Source of the DNA: Planctomycetota bacterium
GTDB taxonomy: Bacteria > Planctomycetota > Planctomycetia > Planctomycetales > Planctomycetaceae
Direction: 5' to 3'
DNA length: 64,000 nt
Assembly (NCBI GenBank): GCA_039796955.1
Contig: JBDKIW010000227.1
Span: forward strand, 5,405 to 69,404
In this document: in pieces, positions 51,098 through 60,794 of the stretch
Position numbering within the stretch: position 1 is the stretch's first letter
How the letters are laid out: the number at the start of each line of letters is the position of its first letter
The notes under the pieces: model-generated
What the model was told of the DNA's origin: nothing
The model's input: only the letters and a program-made list of their open reading frames with translations
Database searches by the model: none
Translations under genes and position numbers: made by a program

Positions 51098-51322
51098 TCA
51101 ATCGTTTGCTGCCTTTGCGTGGCATGATTCTTCGGATCCGGAGTCTCGGAGGTCCAGGGTTTCTCGAAGGATGGAATCCCGTACTTCCTGACGGTGCACG
51201 GTAATATCGCGTGGCGCGTCTATACCGATTTTGACTTTGTCGCCCTTGAGGTCCACGATTGTCACAACAATCGAATCACCGATCAGGATTGATTGGTCCT
51301 TTTTTCGTGAAAGCACCAGCAT
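51098..51322 (-). CDS. csrA: Carbon storage regulator CsrA
   Basis: [53 protein letters not shown] motif lies 7 nt upstream of ATG 51322. Confidence 0.9.
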   Translation of the reverse strand: MLVLSRKKDQSILIGDSIVVTIVDLKGDKVKIGIDAPRDITVHRQEVRDSILRETLDLRDSGSEESCHAKAAND

Positions 51323-51517
51323 TGCCGCACCTCCTGCGTGCTTCATGGCGAAAACGGTTCAGTAACCCAGCGACCGCCATCTGAACGTCCATAATTTCAG
51401 ACGGTATCGATTTATGATAGAGGTGACTTTGTGTATGTCAACAGGCATTCGGCAGGAGTTGCCGGAGGTGTCGGGGCCGGCAAAGTCTGGTTGTGAGTTA
51501 TCGAGGTGAATTTCACG

Positions 51518-51555
51518 AAAAAAGGGTGAGCGGACCTGGTCCACTCACCCTTTTT
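51518..51555. terminator. Bidirectional terminator-like hairpin between the HU-like gene and csrA
   Basis: gggtgag(c)ggac-ctg-gtcc(a)ctcaccc, flanked by an A-run on the 5' side and a T-run on the 3' side. Confidence 0.5.
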
Positions 51556-51776
51556 CATTGTGCTTCTGTTCGCCCGTGTGCTGTGGAAATGCTCCTGTGA
51601 ACAACACGACTGACTAAGCAAGTCGGAACATCTGATAATTGATGTTCTTTCGTGGGCCTGTGCGGATGCGACGTGGGTGGTCCTGGGTGGCCATGAGGAC
51701 TGCGATTTGACTTTCGCGGGTCTGGACTGGCTGCAGATGTCGCACGTTACATCGTGGAACGGCGGGGCCCTGCGAA

Positions 51777-52097
51777 TCAGATCAGTTCTTTGAGCTTCTT
51801 CAGTGCCTTGACCTTCACAACCTTCTTGGCAGGCTTTGCTGGGTAGGTGCGTGGCTGGCCGGTGCGTGGATCGGTGCCGGTGCGTTCTTTGGTTGCCGGG
51901 CGAGCGTGGACGTAGATCTTCAGCAGACCTGGCAGTGTGAAGATGCCTGGGCCTTTTGACACATTTTCGGAAATCACGCTTTCCAGGGCTTCGAGCATAG
52001 CGCCTGCTTCCTTGCGGCTCTGGCCAGTCTTTTCTGCCAGAGCATTCAGGATATCACTCTTGGAAATCGACTTTGGCTTGGATGCTTTCTTTGCCAT
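51777..52097 (-). CDS. HU/IHF-family DNA-binding protein with Lys-rich termini
   Basis: SKSDILNALAEKTGQSRKEAGAMLEALESVISE and the beta-arm ARPATKERTGTDPRTGQPRTYPAKPA. ATG 52097 follows a GGAG motif. Confidence 0.85.
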   Translation of the reverse strand: MAKKASKPKSISKSDILNALAEKTGQSRKEAGAMLEALESVISENVSKGPGIFTLPGLLKIYVHARPATKERTGTDPRTGQPRTYPAKPAKKVVKVKALKKLKELI

Positions 52098-52423
52098 TTC
52101 AGGACTTCTCCTTTTCACTCAAAATCATTGCTGAACAAAACCGGCTTTGGAAATGGGGTCTGATGGAATCCGCTTCGCAACAAAACACCCTGTTTTTTGC
52201 GAGAAGTAGAGAGTTGAAGGCCGTTAGTGTCAATCCTGTGGAAGTTGGAAATTGCTGATTTAGTGCGTTTTCTGTGCTTTTTTGCGGTCTGCGGGGCAAT
52301 CGAAGAGGAAATTACCCGACTTTGAAAAGTGCGGAAAATCGGAATGTTTTCAGGCGGCCTTCGATTGACCGGCGTGCAGATGGTCTGAATTTCGGCCTCG
52401 TGATCCATTATTTGCAGCAATTT

Positions 52424-52444
52424 ACGGTGTTTTGACGGTGTTTT
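52424..52444 (+). repeat. Tandem direct repeat acggtgtttt x2 (11-nt period) in a GT-rich leader
   Basis: Exact copies at 52424-52433 and 52435-52444. Confidence 0.6.
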
Positions 52445-52884
52445 CGGTTTGGTGGTTGTTTCCCGAATTTTGCTGGGGAGCGAGGTTCAGTGAAGGTTTC
52501 AGGTCGGCCGAGACTGTGTTGAGTAGTGTTTTTGCGTTGAAAAGTGACAGGTTCGTTTTTGTTCTGTGAGTTCCTGTTGATGACGGTTGATGAACTCTGT
52601 TCTGGTGGTTGGGGGAAGTTTTCGAGTGTTTTACCAGGACGGGGCGAAGCGATTTGTGGTTGACTCGGGATTCTGGCACGATGCAGGACGTGCCGTGGAG
52701 AGGGGTTGTTTGTTCAGGAGTCAGGGGCGTCGCGCTGGGGCCTCAGGATCATTGGATTTCCTGCAGTTTTGACGCTGGTTGGTGGTCAGGGGATCCGGTA
52801 AATGCCTTTGGGGCCGATGGCTTTCCCAGACGGGATTTTGTGGGGACTTGTGCTGGTTTCGGGCAGTTCGTTTTCGGGTGTTTT

Positions 52885-54903
52885 ATGGCAGATTCGATGG
52901 TTACTGATTTGAAATGTCGCGCGAGGGCTCAGCGCGGGCTTGCTGCAGGGTTATGCGTCCTGCTTTGGTTGCTGCCGTTTTACGGTGCGGTGACTGCTGA
53001 GGATTTGGTTCAGTTGCCTTATCAGAACCCGGATCTGGTTGTGGATCTTGGTGTTGGGTTGTGGGCATGGCCGCTACCCTGCGATGCGGATGGCGATGGG
53101 GATTATGACCTGCTGGTGTCCTGTCCGGACAAGCCGTCCAACGGGATCTGGTTTTTTGAGAACACCAGTGGCAGTACGGCTGTCAACAGATTTCCTGTGT
53201 TTCGCCCCGGGCGGTCACTGGGAAAAACTGTGCACTATCTGATGCCGAGTTATGGTCGTTCCGGGATGCGTGTGTTGTCCCCCGGTTTTGAATATGCAGA
53301 CGTGACCACACAGGGACTGCGTCAGCGAATGCCGTTGAGCGTGAGTCCCGGGTTTCATAAGCCGTCTGGTCCTCAGCCAAAAGGCCCTGGAGTTCGCCAC
53401 AACCAGTGGCGTTATCACGACTTTGATGGGGATGAGCGGACCGATCTGATCGTGGGGATTGAAGATTGGAGCTATTATGGATGGGACGACGCCTGGGATG
53501 CTCATGGGCAGTGGCAGAACGGGCCATTACATGGCTGGGTCTACATCTTCCGAAATCGGGGAACCGATGAGCAACCGGACTATGACAAGCCTTTTCTGCT
53601 GGAGGCCGGAGGGGAGGTCATCGACGTTTTTGGCTGTCCTTCTCCGAACTTCGGAGACTTTGATGGGGATGGTGATGCGGATCTGATTTGTGGTGAATTC
53701 CTTGATGGTCTGACGTGGTTTGAAAACAGGGGAAGTCGCCAGGAACCGGCGTATGCAGCGGGTGAGCGTCTGAGAGCGGTGGAGGGCAATCCGCTGGTGA
53801 TGGATCTGCAGATGATTGTGCCGGTGGCATTCGACTGGGACAGCGATCGGGACCTCGACCTGATTGTGGGGGATGAGGACGGTCGAGTCGCACTGATGGA
53901 GAATGTCACGGAGGCGGGGCAGTCGGGGGCACCGCGGTTTCGCGGGCCAGTTTACTTTCGCCAGCAGGCTGACACGCTGAAGTGCGGCGCACTCGCGACT
54001 CCGGTGGGAGTGGACTGGGAGGGTGACGGCGATACAGACCTCGTTTCCGGCAACACTGCCGGCTACATAGAGGTCTTCAGGAATCTGAGTGGCCCCGGAG
54101 TTGCGAGACCGGTCTGGTCAGGTCCGGAGAGACTGCTTGTGGGTGGGCGGGTGTTCCGGGTTCAGGCGGGGCCGAACGGGAGTATTCAGGGGCCAGCGGA
54201 AGCGAAGTGGGGCTATACGACATTGAGCGTGGCTGACTGGGATCTGGATGGTTTGCCGGATATTGTGCTGAATTCAATTCTTGGCAGGGTACACTGGCTG
54301 AAAAACTGTGGTACTCGGCAGGAGCCACGATTTGAGGACTCAAGGCCCGTAGAAGTGGAATGGGAGGGAGCGCCGCCGCAACTGGCGTGGGGCTGGCTGA
54401 AACCGGAAGGCAAGGGGTTGCTGACGCAATGGCGTACCACTCCGGTTGTGGTGGACCTGAATAGAGACACACTGCCGGATCTGGTGGTGCTGGACCATGA
54501 AGGCTATCTGACATGGCTGGAACGAGTGCGTCAGGGAGACCAGTTGTTACTGAAGGCGCCTGCGCGGGTTTTTTTGGATGAGCGGGGGCAGCCGCTTCGT
54601 CTGACAGCGGGAGTCGGGGGGCGAAGTGGCCGTCGCAAGTTATGTGTCACGGATTGGGACGGGGACGGGCACTATGATTTGCTGCTGAATTCGGCGAACG
54701 CTGATCTGCTGCGGGGGCAGGGCGAGAAGAATGGAACATGGACTATGGTTCCCGCGGGGGCTCTGGCAAAGCGAAATATCGAGGGGCATGATGTCAGCCC
54801 CACGGTTGTTGATTTTGATGGCGATGCGGTGCCGGATTTTGTGGGTGGCGCCGAGGATGGCCGCTTTTATTTTCTGAAGAACCCTCGTTCCAGTACTCCA
54901 TAG
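52885..54903 (+). CDS. FG-GAP/VCBS repeat-containing secreted protein
   Basis: Repeated calcium-binding-like loops: DADGDGDYDL, DFDGDERTDL, DFDGDGDADL, DWDSDRDLDL, DWEGDGDTDL, DWDLDGLPDI, DWDGDGHYDL and DFDGDAVPDF. ATG 52885 precedes a signal-like segment. The ORF extension to 52609 is not protein-like. Confidence 0.8.
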   Translation: MADSMVTDLKCRARAQRGLAAGLCVLLWLLPFYGAVTAEDLVQLPYQNPDLVVDLGVGLWAWPLPCDADGDGDYDLLVSCPDKPSNGIWFFENTSGSTAVNRFPVFRPGRSLGKTVHYLMPSYGRSGMRVLSPGFEYADVTTQGLRQRMPLSVSPGFHKPSGPQPKGPGVRHNQWRYHDFDGDERTDLIVGIEDWSYYGWDDAWDAHGQWQNGPLHGWVYIFRNRGTDEQPDYDKPFLLEAGGEVIDVFGCPSPNFGDFDGDGDADLICGEFLDGLTWFENRGSRQEPAYAAGERLRAVEGNPLVMDLQMIVPVAFDWDSDRDLDLIVGDEDGRVALMENVTEAGQSGAPRFRGPVYFRQQADTLKCGALATPVGVDWEGDGDTDLVSGNTAGYIEVFRNLSGPGVARPVWSGPERLLVGGRVFRVQAGPNGSIQGPAEAKWGYTTLSVADWDLDGLPDIVLNSILGRVHWLKNCGTRQEPRFEDSRPVEVEWEGAPPQLAWGWLKPEGKGLLTQWRTTPVVVDLNRDTLPDLVVLDHEGYLTWLERVRQGDQLLLKAPARVFLDERGQPLRLTAGVGGRSGRRKLCVTDWDGDGHYDLLLNSANADLLRGQGEKNGTWTMVPAGALAKRNIEGHDVSPTVVDFDGDAVPDFVGGAEDGRFYFLKNPRSSTP

Positions 54904-55094
54904 CCGGGTTTGCGGGACGTGGTGTCAGCAGCCGTTCTTTTCCGCAAATAGATTGATTCCTGATGTGTTTCGGGGGGTTGTTTCGGGTTGGAATCGGCTG
55001 TCTGTGGAATTGCGGGGATTCCGGCGTTCGGGCGTGTTCATGAACACCAGCCGACATTCAGGACTGGCCAGTGTTTGACGGGCGGGAGCGACAG

Positions 55095-56333
55095 ATGGCG
55101 ACGATAGCGGTAATGGGGACACTGGACAGCAAGGGGGCGGAACATGGATTTGTTGCGGACCAGATTCGGAGACAGGGGCATGATGTGATCCTGATCGATG
55201 TCGGGACAGGTGGACAGCCATCGATCGTTCCGGATATCCGGGCTGACGAGGTGGCTGCGATGGCTGGATTTGACATGCAGCCGCTGCGAGCACGCGGGGA
55301 TCGTGGTGAGTGTGTGGCGGCGATGGCTGCTGTGTCTCCGTCTGTGCTGCTGAAGCTCTACAGTGAGCAGAAGATCGACGGAGTGATTTCGCTTGGTGGC
55401 AGCAGTGGGACGGCGATAGCTTCGTCCGCCATGCGAGCTCTGCCGACGGGGTTTCCCAGACTGATCGTCTCGACGATGGCCAGTGGCAACATTGCTCCGT
55501 ACGTGGGAACCGGGGACATTGTCATCATGCCGTCGGTTGTGGATGTTGCTGGTCTGAATCGGATTTCCCGGATGATCTTTGCCCGGGCGGCCGGAGCAAT
55601 CTGCGGGATGGTCGGAGTGAATGTTGACAAAGCCGATGCGCGTCCTGTGATCGCAGCCAGCATGTTCGGGAATACGACGGAGTGTATCAATGCGGCGATT
55701 CCGTTACTGGAGCAGGCTGGCTACGAGGTGCTGGTGTTTCATGCGAACGGCTCTGGTGGTCGAACGATGGAGTCACTGATCGAGAGTGGACTGATTCAGG
55801 GCGTCCTTGACGTGACCACGACGGAGCTGGCTGATGAGCTGGTGGGTGGGGTACTGACAGCCGGACCGGACCGCCTGACTGCGGCGGCGCGTTGTGGCGT
55901 TCCGGCGGTTGTGGCACCCGGGTGTCTGGACATGGTCAACTTTGGCGAACCCGGCTCGATCCCCGCGCGGTTTGCCGATCGTCGATTCTACGCCCACAAT
56001 CCACAGGTGACTCTGATGCGAACGAATGCGGAGGAGTGCCGAACGCTGGGGGAGCAACTGGCCGGGAAGGTGAATGCCTCCACCGGGCCGGTTTCCGTAC
56101 TGATTCCACTCCGCGGGATGAGCGTGATCAGCGCTGCGGGCGGGCCATTTCACGATGCTTTCGCAGATGCTGCACTGTTCAATTCGCTGGCTAATTCACT
56201 GCGGCCGGGGATTCGCAGGGTGGTGATGGATGTGACCATCAATTCCCGCGAGTTCGCGGAGGCATGTGTCAGGGAATTACTGGCCGGTATTGCCGCTGTC
56301 GGTCATTCTGTCACAGTGGAAGGTCAGCTATAG
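55095..56333 (+). CDS. UPF0261 (Tm-1-like ATP-binding) family protein
   Basis: MATIAVMGTLDSKGAEHGFV..I and later blocks (GVISLGGSSGT, ASMFGNTT, VFHANGSGGRTME) resemble the UPF0261 family. Confidence 0.8.
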   Translation: MATIAVMGTLDSKGAEHGFVADQIRRQGHDVILIDVGTGGQPSIVPDIRADEVAAMAGFDMQPLRARGDRGECVAAMAAVSPSVLLKLYSEQKIDGVISLGGSSGTAIASSAMRALPTGFPRLIVSTMASGNIAPYVGTGDIVIMPSVVDVAGLNRISRMIFARAAGAICGMVGVNVDKADARPVIAASMFGNTTECINAAIPLLEQAGYEVLVFHANGSGGRTMESLIESGLIQGVLDVTTTELADELVGGVLTAGPDRLTAAARCGVPAVVAPGCLDMVNFGEPGSIPARFADRRFYAHNPQVTLMRTNAEECRTLGEQLAGKVNASTGPVSVLIPLRGMSVISAAGGPFHDAFADAALFNSLANSLRPGIRRVVMDVTINSREFAEACVRELLAGIAAVGHSVTVEGQL

Positions 56334-56372
56334 GGTCTCGGGCGTGTCCAGCTGAGATTCGGGAGGACGTTG

Positions 56373-56618
56373 ATGGCCAAATCGCTGAAGCGTCAGGCGT
56401 TAATTGCCAACGGTCTGCTGGTCATGGCAGGCAGCATTCTCGGTGTTCTGCCATGGTGCAGCGGCGTTGGTGGCGTCGTATTGATTCTGATGGGACTTTC
56501 GCTGATTTTTTCCGGAGCCACGGACTTTTGTGGCTGGGTGCGAATCCTGGCGATGCTTCCGGGAAACAGAGCGGACGACATTCCCAGTCGACCGTCCGGA
56601 GCGAATGACTCGGCGTAG
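56373..56618 (+). CDS. Small membrane protein, DUF2892/YgaP-like
   Basis: Two TM helices and a GATDFCGW motif that resembles the DUF2892 G-x-x-x-F-C-P pattern. Confidence 0.5.
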   Translation: MAKSLKRQALIANGLLVMAGSILGVLPWCSGVGGVVLILMGLSLIFSGATDFCGWVRILAMLPGNRADDIPSRPSGANDSA

Positions 56619-56662
56619 CGCCCTGGATATTGTTCCGGCGTATCTGCTCGGACTATTTCTGA

Positions 56663-58519
56663 TCAGGTCTCTTCCGAGTTTCGAAAGGCATTGAACCGCA
56701 GGTACTCCCAGTGCTGGTAGAGTTCGCTGCTGCGAACAAGTTGTTCGTGTGTTCCGTCCGCAGCCACTCGGCCCTCGTGGATCATGATGATGCGAGAACA
56801 GCGTTTGACGGTTGACAGTCGCGTGGGAAGGAACAGGACGGTCTTGTCTGCGCTGATGCGATGGTAGGCATCATCCAGCAGAGTTTTGGTTTCGCTGTCC
56901 AGCGGTGTGGAGGGTTCTTCGATGATCAGAATGGCTGGCCGTCGTACGGCAGCTCGGGCAAGGCTGAGGCGAAATATCTGTCCGGGATCCGGTTTCAGGC
57001 CCTGTTCACCCAGTTGAGTTTCGTAGCCCATGGGCAGTGTACGAATGAAGTGATCAGCATGGACACATTTGGCAGCGTCAATGGCCTGTTGTTTCGTAAT
57101 ATCCGGCTGTCCGCAGGTAATATTTTCAAGAACTGTCGCGTCGAAAACAGGGTCGCTGCCGCCGACAAAGATGGCTTCTGCCCGGAGGGATTCGAGGGTT
57201 CCTTCCCGAATGTCGACTCCATCGATCAGGATCTGTCCGGGATCCGGATCAATGAAACGTGGAATCATAACGGCGGCGGCATACGCGGCGGCCGGCTGAA
57301 GCGAAAGCAGGGCGATTGTTTCTCCGGCGGTGATGCGTAAATCCAGATTGTTGAGCAACAGAGCTTCTCCGTCCGGCTGAAAGCAGACCTGGTTAAAGGT
57401 CAGCGTACGTGTCATGGGTGGCAGGAAGCCCGCTCCGGATTTCTGGCTGATTGAGGGAACGCGTCGCAGATAGTCTGCAATGTCCTGTGCGAGGGCACTT
57501 CCGTGACTGCCGGATTCAGTAATGTTCTCAAGCTGCTGAATCCTGTGAGCGAACAAACTCAGCGTTCCGGTCAGAACGAGCGCTGAGAAGATCGGGAAAC
57601 CCTGCAGAACCTGAAAGCCGAGAATGACCGCTGGGAGTCCCATGGTGATCAGGGTGAGTGAATGAATGATGGATGAGCGGACCTGCGTCTGATTGTCTCG
57701 CTGTCGGCATCGCAGATTGTGCGAGTGCAGCTGATTCAGAAAGTGCTCCTGTTCACGAGTCTCCATTCCGAAATTGCTGACAATACGTCCCCTCAGCAGA
57801 CTCGCCGACATGCGTTTCAGGCTACGCTGGAGGTGTTCCGTCAGCAGCAGTCGGGATGTCTGGTTGTGGAGGGATTCCCGGTGCAGCACCAGGACTCCCA
57901 GCAGTACAGGGATCATCGTTTGCAGGGCAACGCGCCAGTCCACGAGAAGACTGAAAAGAACCAGTACGCCCAGTTCCGGGAGTCCGGGAATCAGCGAGTC
58001 ACTCCAGCGGACGGCCTGCTGCTCCAGCTGTTCGGCAGTCTGCTGACACAGACGTTCGGCGGTCTCGGCTTCACGTCCGCTGAGGTCTGCAGGCTCGAGT
58101 CGAATGGCTTTACGATGGATGTGCTGCCGAAGTCGTATGACGGCTGCGCTGATGTGTCGTCGACAGAGTCGCCTGCAAGTGGCGGTCAGCAGGGCTCGCA
58201 GAGTCCAGAATGTCGTCGCCAGCAGTAGAATCGCAACGAAGGCCACACCGCTGCGCGCGGCTTCGAGAAGGCGGTTCAGGCTGCCCGGTACTTCGGCAAT
58301 CCACAGCGTGGCCAGCAATTGCTGAATCACAGTCTGCAGCGCTGGTGTTGAGCCATCTGATTCAGCAGAGAGAATCAGGCTGCCTGCAGAGGCCAGGCAG
58401 AGGACTGCAGGAATTGACAGCAGAGCACTGGAGATTGCACAAAAAAGCGCCGGCAGCAGACTCAGGCTGAACAGTTGACGCAGTGAGATGATACGTCCGA
58501 ATTCGGGAGACGTCGCCAA
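56663..58519 (-). CDS. ABC exporter-type fused permease/NBD protein with a degenerate ATPase domain
   Basis: Six-TM exporter-fold N-half and an NBD-like C-half (PRFIDPDPGQILIDGVDI., GYETQLGEQG, ILIIEEPSTPLD). The putative start is TTG. Confidence 0.8.
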   Translation of the reverse strand: MATSPEFGRIISLRQLFSLSLLPALFCAISSALLSIPAVLCLASAGSLILSAESDGSTPALQTVIQQLLATLWIAEVPGSLNRLLEAARSGVAFVAILLLATTFWTLRALLTATCRRLCRRHISAAVIRLRQHIHRKAIRLEPADLSGREAETAERLCQQTAEQLEQQAVRWSDSLIPGLPELGVLVLFSLLVDWRVALQTMIPVLLGVLVLHRESLHNQTSRLLLTEHLQRSLKRMSASLLRGRIVSNFGMETREQEHFLNQLHSHNLRCRQRDNQTQVRSSIIHSLTLITMGLPAVILGFQVLQGFPIFSALVLTGTLSLFAHRIQQLENITESGSHGSALAQDIADYLRRVPSISQKSGAGFLPPMTRTLTFNQVCFQPDGEALLLNNLDLRITAGETIALLSLQPAAAYAAAVMIPRFIDPDPGQILIDGVDIREGTLESLRAEAIFVGGSDPVFDATVLENITCGQPDITKQQAIDAAKCVHADHFIRTLPMGYETQLGEQGLKPDPGQIFRLSLARAAVRRPAILIIEEPSTPLDSETKTLLDDAYHRISADKTVLFLPTRLSTVKRCSRIIMIHEGRVAADGTHEQLVRSSELYQHWEYLRFNAFRNSEET

Positions 58520-59063
58520 GGTCAGATTCTCCGCCAGCCTCAGTCAGTTGAAGACAACCATTTGCAACCCGCGAAGAACTCTGCGGAAGGCAGAACCTTT
58601 CCAGCGGTAGAGACGATTTCATGTTAAGGCACGAATTCCCCTGGAAACAGACGTGCATGGGGAAATCTTCCAACAGAGGTGGAACTTCGTCGGTGCAGAC
58701 CGTTCGCTGGTTTGCCCCGTGTGTCCGAATTGCGCCGCTTCGCTGATTGAATCGCGGTGATCTCTGCGTCGACGTCCGCTGACGGGCATTGTGAACCCAA
58801 TGCAGGCAGCCTGCGGAGTTTGTGCGAAGGAGAGCGAGACAAACGGCACAGCGGTTGAGCGATGCCGTCGTTACCGGGCCACCGAGGCGACGACGATCAA
58901 ATGGACGGGGTTGCAGGTTGTGCAGAGAGAATGAAACGATTTTTTCGCGTAGTTACCGTCCCGCGGCAGCGATATGACGTCGGCGAGCATCCTGATGCAA
59001 ATGCGGTGTCGGATGAGGTGCAGGAAGGGCGTGATGCGAGATTGGTTTTGCGCCGCGGATTGG

Positions 59064-60068
59064 TTATGCCAGATCCCGATCCTCAAACAGCAGGAAACCA
59101 AGCAGCAACATGGCTCCGATGTAGGTTGCTGCATAGAGGAAACTGTATCCGAGGTAGTCCTGAGGCACGACGCGTCCGGTGGCAACAGCGGAAGAAATGT
59201 TGAAGGCTGACAGTGACGGGACAACCATCGAGATCAGTCGTGCGGTAAAGGTGACTGACTCCTTGGCCTGACCCTCAACACTCTGGTTCACGATGATTTC
59301 CGTCAGGTTACCGATCACAAAGACGGCAAAACAGATCACCAGATTCATGACCATTGGCAGCCGGGTGGCTACGGTGACGCTGATGGCACCGAGAACACAG
59401 ACCTGCATGAATGTCAGTGCGATTCCGGGAAGGATGCCGGCCACAACGGCCATGCGTTCGGGGTGTGGGACTGGAAATTCGACATCGGAAAGTCTGAGCC
59501 ACTGCCAGTAGGGCGTCACATCCAGTGACTGTTCCTTCTGATCGTAGCCAACCTTGATGAAGATCAACACGGAGAATAGCGCGGTGAGAATCAGGAACAT
59601 CCAGATGACGGCCTGTACAATCCCAACGTATTTGCCCAGCAGAAACTGGCGTCGGTCAATTGGCTTACTGAGCAGTGTCATGGCCGTCTTGCCCTCAATT
59701 TCGCTGGTAATACTGGTGCCTGCGGTCCAGACGGCAAGGAGTGCACCGGAGATCAACAGGGTTGCCAGTCCACATTCGCTGAGCATTTTGCCTTCGTCTT
59801 CGAAGGTGAAGAACGGAGCGACTGTGTTGGCGATGAGTACCAGTGAAGAAATGGCGACCACGAGCAGAAACAGCGGTTGGCGGATGGCTTCTTTGGTGGT
59901 TGCGCGGGCGATTACCCCCGCGCGGGTGCCGTATGATACCGCCACCAGGGTGATAAGCAGAGCGAACACAGACAGCCAGGACCATGTCCAGTCAATTTCC
60001 GGACCCGTGAGCGCGGAGCGAACTTCGGCCAGTGAGAGAAGGTTGTTAAACACAGTGTTTTCCCACAA
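59064..60068 (-). CDS. Multi-pass membrane protein, possibly an ABC-2-type permease
   Basis: 334-aa ORF with at least six hydrophobic helices. No adjacent ATPase gene. TTG or GTG start. Confidence 0.5.
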   Translation of the reverse strand: MWENTVFNNLLSLAEVRSALTGPEIDWTWSWLSVFALLITLVAVSYGTRAGVIARATTKEAIRQPLFLLVVAISSLVLIANTVAPFFTFEDEGKMLSECGLATLLISGALLAVWTAGTSITSEIEGKTAMTLLSKPIDRRQFLLGKYVGIVQAVIWMFLILTALFSVLIFIKVGYDQKEQSLDVTPYWQWLRLSDVEFPVPHPERMAVVAGILPGIALTFMQVCVLGAISVTVATRLPMVMNLVICFAVFVIGNLTEIIVNQSVEGQAKESVTFTARLISMVVPSLSAFNISSAVATGRVVPQDYLGYSFLYAATYIGAMLLLGFLLFEDRDLA

Positions 60069-60438
60069 TCAAAGCGAAGAGTTGGTCGATCAGGTGCACC
60101 TGCGACCGGGAGATCGAGCCTGAAAACTACCTGGCTGCCTGGTGCAGTACGACGCGCCCTGCAGGTTCGTTGGCAATTTTCGGGAGATCCTGACGTCAGA
60201 CCGGACCGTGCACCACCAGGGTGATGAATCCGGGTGGGTGGCAGGCCAGACGAGCATTCTGTGGAGGGATGTGGCGGTGCACATTCTCCTTTTGCAGGTC
60301 GAGTCCTTTGTCGGTGTCGTCAAGTTTATCAGATAAACAGACTCGGTTACGTCAAAAATCCATGGTGGTAGTGGGAATCGTCGGTCGTTCGCAGAGTTTT
60401 TGTCACAGATCACCCGGATTTCCGTGGCAGGGCATGTG

Positions 60439-60794
60439 GATTGTGGGGAAAAGAGCGTTTTTCTGGATTCCAGGTGGTATTCCGACTGGGGAGGTTGTGG
60501 GAACGAACAGGATCCAGGTTTGTCGCGGGTGAGGGGTGATGCGCAGGGCGATTGTGGCGAGGGGATTTTGCCGGGGGGAGCTATGCCGGAGGGGGACTGT
60601 GGCGTGGCGGCATGGCGAGACTGTCGAGCTGGGTTTTGGGGCCTGATCCGTGTACGGATTGTTCGGGGCATGGCTGCTGGAGGAGAGTGTAATCGCCGGA
60701 GTTCGGGATTTCATGGTTTGCGCGACTGTTGAACTGGACTTCCGGAGGCCTATACTCCGACCAATCCGTTCCGCTGACGTTCTCGTGATTGTGG
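60439..60794 (+). repeat. Dispersed/tandem GAYTGTGG motif array in a G-rich non-coding region
   Basis: gattgtgg occurs at 60439, 60550 and 60787, gactgtgg at 60595 and ggttgtgg at 60493. Weaker copies gactgtcg and gactgttg occur at 60619 and 60724. Confidence 0.6.

Noticed and set aside
60400-60732. 110-codon ORF encoding a D-C-G repeat peptide upstream of the peroxiredoxin gene
   Set aside because: It has a TTG start and no RBS, and the region is open in several frames on both strands. The same 8-mer also occurs outside the ORF at 60787, which points to a nucleotide-level repeat.
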